Below, in pieces: positions 56,253-64,000 of a stretch of DNA of 64,000 nt. The stretch is from an uncultured delta proteobacterium (lineage in GTDB: Bacteria > Myxococcota_A > Polyangia > Fen-1088), in assembly GCA_963755125.1 (NCBI GenBank), contig CAVWIP010000010.1, forward strand, positions 192,001 through 256,000, in the 5' to 3' direction. Under the pieces are notes generated by a model that saw nothing but the letters and a program-made list of their open reading frames with translations, had not been told where the DNA came from and did not search any database. Numbering within the stretch: the first letter of the stretch is position 1; each line of letters begins with the position of its first letter. The translations under genes and the position numbers were made by a program.

Positions 56253-56588
56253 ATGCGCACCATCGCCCTTCTCACCGCCAGCAACATCTTCATGACCATA
56301 GCCTGGTACGGCCACCTGCGCTGGAAGGGCGTAGCCTTGTGGAAGGTCGTCTTGCTGAGCTGGGGCATCGCGTTCTTTGAGTACTGCCTGCAAGTCCCGG
56401 CCAACCGCTGGGGCCACGGCCAGTTCACGGCCTATCAGTTGAAGATCATCCAGGAAATCATCACGCTGGTGGTGTTCACGGGATTCGCGGCTGCCTGGCT
56501 TGGTGAAGCGCCGCACTGGAACATCGTGGTCGCCTTTCTTCTGATTTTGGCCGCGACAGGCTTCGCGTTTCTCCCGCATCACACCTGA
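56253..56588 (+). CDS. DMT family small membrane protein (DUF486-like)
   Basis: SNIFMTIAWYGHL, SWGIAFFEYCLQVPANR, QLKIIQEIITL. Confidence 0.88.
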   Translation: MRTIALLTASNIFMTIAWYGHLRWKGVALWKVVLLSWGIAFFEYCLQVPANRWGHGQFTAYQLKIIQEIITLVVFTGFAAAWLGEAPHWNIVVAFLLILAATGFAFLPHHT

Positions 56589-56704
56589 TGCTGGGCGTCT
56601 CATCTTTATCTGGAATTCTCCCGGATTCAGCTTTACGCTTCCGCCCCGCAGCGGTCCCCTGGGGACCGACGCTCGTTTCCCAAAACCAACAAACGTGGGG
56701 CGTC

Positions 56705-58438
56705 ATGGGGTCAGGCCAGTCATCAAACGAAAAACCGATAACCCGTGCATTGCAGGCCCTGGGGATCTCTGACCCCGCGGCCTTTCTCAAGATTGGTTGC
56801 GCGGGGTTGGCCAGGTTTACCCAGCACCAGCTCTTTGAATGCAGCAAGCGGCTGGGACAAAAGGGAACCTCCAAGCTCAGCAAGAACGCGCTGGCGGAAC
56901 TCATCTGGGAAGAGCTGAGCAGCCTCTTGCAGCCCGCCCGAGCTGAGAAGGGCGCCAAGAAGCCGGAAGAAAAGGCCCCCAGCGCTAAGGCTGCTGGCAA
57001 GACCACCGACGCTTCGATCGAGGTACCCGAGCCAGCCCCCATCTCACACAAGTTCGAACTGGGCTCACATGGCAAGGCCGATGAGCCACGCAACATCCCC
57101 TGGGCATACGGCTACGACCGGGTGACTGGCATGGCGGTGGACCCGGATCGGCTGTTCGTGTACTGGGAGGTCACCGACCAGTCCATGGAACGGGCGCGGG
57201 CCGGCCTGGGCGCGGGCGGGAAGGACGCCTGGCTGAACCTGCGCGTGTACGACAGCACGGGACGCATCTTCGACGGAACCAATGCCCACTCGTATTTCGA
57301 CCACGGGCTCGATCGCGCCGACCGCCACTGGTTCTTCCACATCGGCAAGCCCAGCTCGTCGGCCTTCGTGGATGTGGGTCTGAAGTCGCGCGAAGGCTAC
57401 TTCATCAAGATCGCGCGTTCGGGCCGCATCGACTTCCCCCGGCGCGAGGCCGCACCCTACTCGGAGCCCGAGTGGCTCAGCGTGCGCTCGACCTGGGGCC
57501 CGGTGGAACATGCCGGCCGCGGGCTTCACGGCCGTGGCACGCCGCCAGCGCCGCCGCCCGGCCCAGGCCACGTCGAGTCAGGACCACCTGCCGCCCCACG
57601 CCGGCACGTGGCGCTTCTACCCTGGGAAGAGTCCATCATGCTCGGCGAGGGAGGCCACGCCGAGGTCATCCAATGGGAGGAACACTTCACCGACGGCCAC
57701 AGCGAGTTCCATCGCCAGACATCTTGGGAGAGCCCGGTGACGATCTCGTCGTGGGAGGCCGGGCCGTTCACCCACCCGGTGGAGGCACCCGAGGCGATCC
57801 GCCAGGCCTTCGTCGGCCCCACGCGGGTGTATCGCGTGGGCGGCCGCACCCATGTCGTGCATGGCCCCTGGCAGGTGGTGATCCGCGGGCTGGGCGCCCA
57901 CTATGGCCGCGCGGTGGTGGCCCGCTGGGAGATTTACAAGTCGTGGATCGCCGATGAAGTGAAAGAAACGCACGTACGGGACATCCATCCCGTGCTGCCG
58001 CCCGGGGCTTCGGAGCTGCGCGTGCCCGGCGCCAGTGAACGGCGCTGGCGCTATGCCAGCGAGGCGCGACTCGGTGGCGCGTCGGAGATCTTCTACCTCG
58101 GCGCCAGCGAGGTGAAGGCGCGCGGGGCCAGCGAGCGTATGTACATAGGCGCCAGTCAATGGATGATGCGCGGGGCGAGCGAGCGCCGCTTGGGCGGCGC
58201 CAGCGAGGTGCGGCTAGCCGGAGCGAGCGAGCGCAGACTGGCCGGGGCCAGCGAAAGCCGTCTGGCGGGAGCCAGCGAGCGACGACTGGCCGGGGCCAGC
58301 GAGGCGCGCCTCGGCGGGGCCAGCGAGGCGCATTTCATGGGGGCCAGCGAAGCACGGCTGGCGGATGCCAAGGTCACGGGTGACGGATCCTATCCCTCGC
58401 CCGACTCGATTGGTTCCAAGCCCCCGGTCAAGGAGTAA
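56705..58438 (+). CDS. DUF4912-domain protein with a C-terminal GASE octapeptide repeat
   Basis: IPWAYGYDRVTGMAVDPDRLFVYWEV, LRVYD, WFFHI, FIKIARS. First gene of the GH57-glgA operon. Start uncertain (ATG 56705). Confidence 0.8.
   Translation: MGSGQSSNEKPITRALQALGISDPAAFLKIGCAGLARFTQHQLFECSKRLGQKGTSKLSKNALAELIWEELSSLLQPARAEKGAKKPEEKAPSAKAAGKTTDASIEVPEPAPISHKFELGSHGKADEPRNIPWAYGYDRVTGMAVDPDRLFVYWEVTDQSMERARAGLGAGGKDAWLNLRVYDSTGRIFDGTNAHSYFDHGLDRADRHWFFHIGKPSSSAFVDVGLKSREGYFIKIARSGRIDFPRREAAPYSEPEWLSVRSTWGPVEHAGRGLHGRGTPPAPPPGPGHVESGPPAAPRRHVALLPWEESIMLGEGGHAEVIQWEEHFTDGHSEFHRQTSWESPVTISSWEAGPFTHPVEAPEAIRQAFVGPTRVYRVGGRTHVVHGPWQVVIRGLGAHYGRAVVARWEIYKSWIADEVKETHVRDIHPVLPPGASELRVPGASERRWRYASEARLGGASEIFYLGASEVKARGASERMYIGASQWMMRGASERRLGGASEVRLAGASERRLAGASESRLAGASERRLAGASEARLGGASEAHFMGASEARLADAKVTGDGSYPSPDSIGSKPPVKE
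58001..58360 (+). repeat. Intragenic 24-bp tandem repeat, 15 units (xGASExxx)
   Basis: PGASELRV PGASERRW RYASEARL GGASEIFY ... AGASERRL ... MGASEARL, strict 8-aa period. Confidence 0.9.
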
Positions 58439-58444
58439 GCCCCC

Positions 58445-60031
58445 ATGCCAACCGGATACTTCGCGCTGGTCCTGCACGCCCATCTGCCCTTCGTCCGTCA
58501 CCCCGAAGACCCGACGGTGATGGAGGAACAGTGGCTGTACGAAGCCATCAGTGGAACCTACCTTCCGCTCATCCAGATCTTCGAGGGTCTGCAGGCCGAC
58601 GGCGTGCCTTACCGCTGCACGGTTTCGCTTTCGGCGCCGCTCATCAGCATGCTGACCGACGACCTGCTCAAGGTCAGGTACGCCGACCACCTGGACGATC
58701 TGATCCTGCTGGCCGAGAAGGAGCTGGAGCGGACCAAGCCCGAGCCGCAGTACCACCGCCTGGCCGAGATGTACCACAATCGCTTCCTCAGCCTGCGCCA
58801 CACCTGGCGCTGCCACGAGGGCAACCTGGTGGGCGCCTTCCGTCGCCTGCAGGATCAGGGCGGGCTCGAGGTGATCACGTCGACCGCCACCCACGCCTTC
58901 TTCCCGCTCATGGACCGCAACTGGGCCGCGTTGCGCGCCCAGGTGCACACGGCCGCGGATCTCTATGAAAAGCACTTCGGCCGGCGCAGCGCCGGCATGT
59001 GGCTGGGCGAGTGCGGCTACGTGCCGGGCGTCGACGAGCTTCTGCGCGAGGTGGCGATCCGCTACTTCTTCGTCGATAGCCACGCCATCCTGTACGCGGA
59101 TCGGCGGCCGGCCTACGGTGTGTACGCGCCCATCTACTGCGCCACCGGCGTGGCCGCCTTCGGCCGCGACACCGAATCATCGGAGCAGGTGTGGAGCGCC
59201 AAGCACGGCTATCCTGGTGACCCGCACTACCGGGATTTCTACCGCGATATCGGCTTTGACCTGCCTCTCGACTACATCGGGCCGCACATCCACCCGGAAG
59301 GGCACCGGATGTACACCGGCTTCAAGTACCACGCCATCACCCACGACAAACTGCACGACAAATGGGTCTACGACCCGGACGCCGCGCGCGGCAAGGCGGG
59401 GCTGCACGCCTCGCATTTCCGCGGCAACATGGAGAAGCAGGCGCAGCGTCTGGCCGCGGGCATGGACCGGCCGCCCATCATCGTCAGCCCCTACGATGCC
59501 GAGTTGTACGGGCACTGGTGGTACGAGGGTCCGATCTTCCTGTCGGACGTCTATCGCCAGCTTCACTTCGACCAGAGTGTCATCCAGCCCATCACGCCCA
59601 GCGAGTACCTGGATCGGCACCCGACCAACCAGATGGCCACCCCGGCCGCCTCGTCGTGGGGCCTCAAGGGCTATGGCGAGCAATGGGTGAACGAAAGCAA
59701 CGCCTGGACCTGGCGCCACATCCACGCCGCCGGCGAGCGCATGGTGGACCTGGCTCGACGCCACTGGGGCGCCACCAACCCGCTCACCGTGCGGGCGCTC
59801 AAACAGGCGGCCCGCGAGTTGATGCTGGCCCAGGCCAGCGACTGGACGTTCATCATGGCCACCGGCACCACGGTGCCCTATGCCACGCGAAGGTTCAACG
59901 AGCACATCGTCCGTTTCACCCGGCTCTACGAAGAACTCAATAAGGGCACGGTGGACGAGCCCTTCCTGGCCAGCATTGAAGCACAAGACAACATCTTCCC
60001 GGACATCGACTACCGCATCTACGCCACCTAG
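58445..60031 (+). CDS. GH57 family 1,4-alpha-glucan branching enzyme (with DUF1957 domain)
   Basis: LHAHLPFV, THAFFP, WLGECGY (nucleophile), YDAELYGHWWYEG (acid/base), AQASDW. Confidence 0.93.
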   Translation: MPTGYFALVLHAHLPFVRHPEDPTVMEEQWLYEAISGTYLPLIQIFEGLQADGVPYRCTVSLSAPLISMLTDDLLKVRYADHLDDLILLAEKELERTKPEPQYHRLAEMYHNRFLSLRHTWRCHEGNLVGAFRRLQDQGGLEVITSTATHAFFPLMDRNWAALRAQVHTAADLYEKHFGRRSAGMWLGECGYVPGVDELLREVAIRYFFVDSHAILYADRRPAYGVYAPIYCATGVAAFGRDTESSEQVWSAKHGYPGDPHYRDFYRDIGFDLPLDYIGPHIHPEGHRMYTGFKYHAITHDKLHDKWVYDPDAARGKAGLHASHFRGNMEKQAQRLAAGMDRPPIIVSPYDAELYGHWWYEGPIFLSDVYRQLHFDQSVIQPITPSEYLDRHPTNQMATPAASSWGLKGYGEQWVNESNAWTWRHIHAAGERMVDLARRHWGATNPLTVRALKQAARELMLAQASDWTFIMATGTTVPYATRRFNEHIVRFTRLYEELNKGTVDEPFLASIEAQDNIFPDIDYRIYAT

Positions 60032-60104
60032 GCGTAGCGGCAGCCGACCGTCGACAGTCCACCGTTCGCAGCCCGGAGTCGGAAGCGGCCCCCGGCAAGC
60101 CGGG

Positions 60105-61751
60105 GTGGAATCTGCTAGCCGATCCACGACCAGCAAGGCGCCGGCCTCGTCTGCCGGAAAGCCCCCGGCTGTGAACGACTTGGTCGCGGCGCCAGCGCCT
60201 GCCGTTGCCCAGGAACGCACACCCGAGCAGCGACGGTCGCCGGGCGACTTCTCGATTGCGCCTCCGCCGTCTGCCAAGGTGCCGCTCAAGGTTCTCTTCG
60301 TGGCCTCGGAAGTTGCGCCGTTCCGCAAGACCGGCGGTCTGGCCGATGTGGCAGGCTCTCTGCCGCGGGCGCTGGCACGCCGGGGCATCGACGTGCGCGT
60401 GGCGATGCCTCTGTACCAGGGCATCCCCTGGAGCGAACTGGAGCGGTTGGAGGGCGCCGTGCCCATTCCCATGTACTACGGCATGACCTGGGCGGGCGTG
60501 CGCATGGGGCGGCTTCCGGGCACCGACGTCCGGGTGTATTTCCTCGAGTACAACCGGTTCTTCGATCGGCCCGACCTGTACGGGCCGCCGGGACAGGCGT
60601 ACCAGGACAACCTGGAACGTTTCAGTCTGTTCTCGCGCGGCGCGCTCGAGCTGTGCAATGTGCTGGGCTGGATTCCCGATGTGATTCATGCCAACGACTG
60701 GCAGACCGCGCTGGTGCCGGCGTACGTGAACACGGTCGAGTGGGCCAAGCCCCTGCACGGCAGCGCCACCCTGTTCACCATCCACAATCTCGCCTACCAG
60801 GGGAACTGGGAGAGCGGCGCGATGTTCATCACCGGCCTGGGCTGGAACCATTTCAACTCGAACGAGTTCGAACACTTCGGTGACATGAACCTGATGAAGG
60901 CTGCCATCCGGCATTCCACCCTTCTCTCCACGGTCAGCCCGACCTATGCGCGCGAGATCCAGACCTCGGGCTACGGCTTCGGCCTCGACGGCGAGCTGGC
61001 CGCACGCGGGCGCGATCTGCGCGGGGTGCTCAATGGCATCGACGGTGAGGCGTGGAACGCGGCTACCGATCCGCACCTGGCCGCGCGTTTCGACAGGGAC
61101 GATCTGGCCGGCAAGGCGGTGTGCAAGGCGGCCCTGCAAAGGGAAATGGGATTGCCCGAGCGCCCTGATGTGCCTCTCTTCGGCGTGGTCGGACGTCTCA
61201 CGCCGCAGAAGGGCTTCGATGTGCTAGCGCACACGCTCGATCACGTCCTGGGCTGGAATCTGCAGATGGTCCTGCTGGGCTCGGGCGACGGAGAAGCGGA
61301 GCACTTCTTCTCGTCGGTGTGCGCCCGCCGGGGCGACAAATTCCGCGCCTACATCGGTTTTCAGGAAGGCCTCGCCCACCGCATCGAGGCGGGCTGCGAC
61401 TTTCTCCTCATGCCCTCGCGCTACGAGCCGTGCGGGCTCAGCCAGATGTACAGCCAGCGCTACGGAACCCTGCCCGTCGTGCGCGCCACGGGCGGTCTGG
61501 TGGACACCGTGCAGAACTACGACGAGCGCGCCGGCGCGGGCACTGGGTTCATGTTCCATGACCTCTACCCTTCGGCCATTGCCAACACCATGGGCTGGGC
61601 GGTTTCGACCTACTTCGATCGACCGGCCCACATCACGGCCATGCGACGGCAGGCCATGCAGCAGGATTTTTCGTGGGATCGCGCTGCGCAGGCCTATGAA
61701 CAGCTCTACCTGGAGGCGTACCAACGCCGGCGCGGGCATCCTTTCGGGTAG
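60105..61751 (+). CDS. glgA: Glycogen synthase (GT5)
   Basis: KVLFVASE, KTGGLADV, HANDWQT, TIHNLAYQG, TVSPTYA, NGID, RLTPQKG, MPSRYEPCGL. Start uncertain (GTG at 60105, 60171 or 60279). Confidence 0.93.
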   Translation: MESASRSTTSKAPASSAGKPPAVNDLVAAPAPAVAQERTPEQRRSPGDFSIAPPPSAKVPLKVLFVASEVAPFRKTGGLADVAGSLPRALARRGIDVRVAMPLYQGIPWSELERLEGAVPIPMYYGMTWAGVRMGRLPGTDVRVYFLEYNRFFDRPDLYGPPGQAYQDNLERFSLFSRGALELCNVLGWIPDVIHANDWQTALVPAYVNTVEWAKPLHGSATLFTIHNLAYQGNWESGAMFITGLGWNHFNSNEFEHFGDMNLMKAAIRHSTLLSTVSPTYAREIQTSGYGFGLDGELAARGRDLRGVLNGIDGEAWNAATDPHLAARFDRDDLAGKAVCKAALQREMGLPERPDVPLFGVVGRLTPQKGFDVLAHTLDHVLGWNLQMVLLGSGDGEAEHFFSSVCARRGDKFRAYIGFQEGLAHRIEAGCDFLLMPSRYEPCGLSQMYSQRYGTLPVVRATGGLVDTVQNYDERAGAGTGFMFHDLYPSAIANTMGWAVSTYFDRPAHITAMRRQAMQQDFSWDRAAQAYEQLYLEAYQRRRGHPFG

Positions 61752-62113
61752 GGCTGGTTTCTTTCAGAACAAAGTCGCTTCAAGCGCCATTTTGCCTTCA
61801 CCGAATCGCATCTACACAGCCCACAGGTCGTCGCCCGGCAGCACCACGCCGACGATCAAGTTGGACGCCAGCGTTGCGAAAACGCAGCACGGCGGTAGCC
61901 AGACAACTTTCACGCCGTCTCGTGCCTGATCGGGCGTGACGAAGTACTTGCGCGATAAGGGTAACGGGCTGTTGAGATCTGACCCACCCGCGGCGGTGTG
62001 ATGCGCTTGCTGAGAAAGGCCCGGCCGATGCACCGTAGCAGCGCCGTCAAGATCGCTGTGACTGGTCTGCTCGGCACAAGGCGCTGGGGAGCGGTTCGCG
62101 CTATAGTTGTGTC

Positions 62114-62374
62114 GTGTCGTTGCCATTCTTGTCGGATGCGGAGGCCCGCCGCAGGGCGCGCGCGAGTTGGCGCATCGCTGTGCTGCCCCTGGCCGCCGAC
62201 ACCGACGATGACCTTTCCGGCGAAACAACGCCTGCACAACGGATCGCGATGATGTGGCCATTAGCTGTCGAAGCATGGCGGCTGGCCGGACGTCCCTTGC
62301 CCACATATTCACGGGCCGACCTGCCCTCGCGCGTTTTTCGTGACGCCCCTCCTGACGACGATGAACCTCGATAG
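62114..62374 (+). CDS. Small hypothetical protein, putative partner of the downstream nucleotidyltransferase
   Basis: TPAQRIAMMWPL..AW motif. Overlaps the next gene by 14 bp. Confidence 0.6.
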   Translation: MSLPFLSDAEARRRARASWRIAVLPLAADTDDDLSGETTPAQRIAMMWPLAVEAWRLAGRPLPTYSRADLPSRVFRDAPPDDDEPR

Positions 62375-62828
62375 TCTCAACCAGGACTTCCGCGACCTGC
62401 TGCTCGCTCTTGCCGATGGTGGAGTCGAATTTCTCGTCGTGGGCGCCTATGCCCTATCTTTCCACGGAGCCCCGCGCGCGAGCGGCGATATCGACGTCTT
62501 CGTCAGGGCAAGTCCGGCGAATGCCGCCGCCGTATGGAAAGCTCTGGTCGCCTTCGGCGCTCCTGTCGAGGCTGCGGGCGTCGTACCATCGGATTTCGAG
62601 AAACCGAATCTTGTCTACCAGATCGGTCTGCCCCCGCGCCGCATCGATGTGCTCACGACCATCTCGGGCGTCAGTTTCGACGAAGCGTGGGCCACACGCA
62701 TCCCCGCCGGAATCGATGGACGTGCGATCCATTTCATCGGCCGTGACATGTTCTTGCGCAACAAGGAAGCGGCCGGCCGTCCCAAGGATCTGGCTGACGC
62801 TGCCCGGTTGCGACGGTCGTCCCGATAG
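62361..62828 (+). CDS. Pol-beta superfamily nucleotidyltransferase (DUF6036/AbiEii-like)
   Basis: LVVGAYALSFHGAPRASGDIDVFV (GAxA..DxD), RIDVL, NKEAAGRPKDLAD. Confidence 0.85.
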   Translation: MNLDSLNQDFRDLLLALADGGVEFLVVGAYALSFHGAPRASGDIDVFVRASPANAAAVWKALVAFGAPVEAAGVVPSDFEKPNLVYQIGLPPRRIDVLTTISGVSFDEAWATRIPAGIDGRAIHFIGRDMFLRNKEAAGRPKDLADAARLRRSSR

Positions 62829-62913
62829 TTCGCTGAAGGAAGGCCCCGACAAAGATTGTCGGACGCGCAGCCAGCAAGTTGCGCGCCCCCCGGACGCGGG
62901 TAGGGTTTCCGGG

Positions 62914-64000
62914 TCAGTCGCGGGTGAGGGAACGCACGCGGTCGCGGGCGCGGTCACCGAGGGGTGAGCCACCGGCGAGCACAGCGATACGCGACCAGGC
63001 CTGCGCGGCTTCGCTGATCCGTGCCAGTGCCTCCAGCGCGAGAGCGCGGTTGGTCAGCACACCGGTGTCGTCAGGCATGACGGCCAGACTGCGATCGAAA
63101 AGCGCGAGCGCCTGCTCGGCTCGGCCGGCGGCTCGATCGATCGCGCCGAGCCAGGCGCAGGCGGCTGCCTCCCGCTCGGGCGCAAGACAGCCCGGCGGGC
63201 CTGCCAGGGCCTGTCGATACGCATCGAGCGCGCGCTGGTTGTGGCCGCGATCGAGATCGAAGAAAAGATCGCCCAAACGAAGCTGCCACTCGCAAAGCGG
63301 CACCGGCGAGCCAGCAGGAGGCGTGGCCAGCGGCATGGTCGCGCTGCCCGCATCGACGGTGAAGGTGAAGCTGGCGGGGATCTCGTAGCGGGCAATGATA
63401 TCGCGCGCGGCCGGCAGCCGGCGCACGAACACGCGGGCGTCGTGCGCGCGAAAAACCAGCGCCCACTGCACAGGATCCCACCAGGCCACGCGTCGGTTGA
63501 TGCTGGCATAGTCCAGCAGCGCCGAGGTGACGCCGAAGTGGTCCATGGCTCGCGTCCATTCCTCGCGGGTCACCTCGCTGCGGCCCAGGAGTTGGTGGAA
63601 GCTGCGCGGGTAGGCGGGCAGGCGCGGATCGACGAACACGCGATGGCGCGGGTAGCCCTGCCAGATGAGAAAAGCGCCGGTCTCGAAGTCGTTGTACATC
63701 CGCTCGTGCAGACCGTGCTGGTCCACGAAATCCAGCGCTGCCAGGGGAAGATTGGCGCGGTCGAGATCGATGTCCAAGAAGCGGCCGTGTCGCTCGACAT
63801 CCGCCACCCGGGGTGCGAACGCGAGCAGCGCGAGCAGTGCTCCTGCGGCTCGCTCGATCTGGGTGCGAGTGGCCGGCGCGATCCGCCAGCGCATGCCCAC
63901 GGCCGTCAAGAGCGGCGCGGCCAGGATGGCGGCAACCAGCGCGAAGTCGGCCCCGAACCGCACGTGGCGTCCGGCCAGAAGAGCCAGGCCGAGCACGGGC
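62914..64000 (-). CDS. Membrane protein with C-terminal TPR repeats, 5' end outside window
   Basis: TM helices, soluble domain MYNDFETGAFLIW..VFVDPR..Y, then TPR-like ALDAYRQAL, ALALFDRSLAVMP, NRALALE. Confidence 0.75.
   Translation of the reverse strand, partial: PVLGLALLAGRHVRFGADFALVAAILAAPLLTAVGMRWRIAPATRTQIERAAGALLALLAFAPRVADVERHGRFLDIDLDRANLPLAALDFVDQHGLHERMYNDFETGAFLIWQGYPRHRVFVDPRLPAYPRSFHQLLGRSEVTREEWTRAMDHFGVTSALLDYASINRRVAWWDPVQWALVFRAHDARVFVRRLPAARDIIARYEIPASFTFTVDAGSATMPLATPPAGSPVPLCEWQLRLGDLFFDLDRGHNQRALDAYRQALAGPPGCLAPEREAAACAWLGAIDRAAGRAEQALALFDRSLAVMPDDTGVLTNRALALEALARISEAAQAWSRIAVLAGGSPLGDRARDRVRSLTRD

Noticed and set aside
58001..58360. Mini-CRISPR or RiPP precursor interpretation of the GASE repeats
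   Set aside because: The 24-bp units are contiguous and coding, with no spacers, and no RiPP maturase or transporter is adjacent.
61752..62110. Minus-strand ORF 61812-62312 and possible TAG read-through
   Set aside because: No recognisable motifs, and it overlaps the better-supported plus-strand gene. It is at most a decayed remnant, with no evidence for recoding.

Overview
A GC-rich bacterial chromosomal window. Its gene content (AgmX/PglI-type proteins, a eukaryotic-like Ser/Thr kinase, many Cys- and Pro-rich lipoproteins) points to Myxococcota, probably Polyangia; this assignment is an inference. I found no rRNA, tRNA, CRISPR array or prophage. Housekeeping and metabolic blocks are: a partial GH5 hydrolase, alaA, kduI with an ExuT-like MFS, mgrA, an EmrB-EmrA-TolC pump, ftsE-ftsX-envC-like genes divergent from a class II ribonucleotide reductase (nrdJ, tandem NrdR boxes), dusB, and a DUF4912-GH57-glgA glycogen operon. 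Five items stand out. (1) A radical SAM/SPASM enzyme resembling PlpX-type spliceases lies directly downstream of a Pro-rich lipoprotein whose five tyrosines all sit in (P/A)-Y-(G/M/L) motifs, a candidate post-translational modification system for a membrane-anchored substrate. (2) Three giant paralogous Cys-repeat lipoproteins (20, 15 and 13 repeats) lie in tandem and are recombinational mosaics of each other; they are transcribed divergently from a tiny lipoprotein with 29 consecutive prolines. (3) The DUF4912 protein carries a 15 x 8-residue GASE repeat. (4) A dispersed REP/BIME-like repeat family has about 6 copies, one of which truncates an IS5 remnant. (5) An N6-MTase and single-TRD specificity pair has no nuclease nearby. 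All family assignments come from recognising motifs by eye, not from database searches. Many start codons were moved from those in the supplied ORF track.
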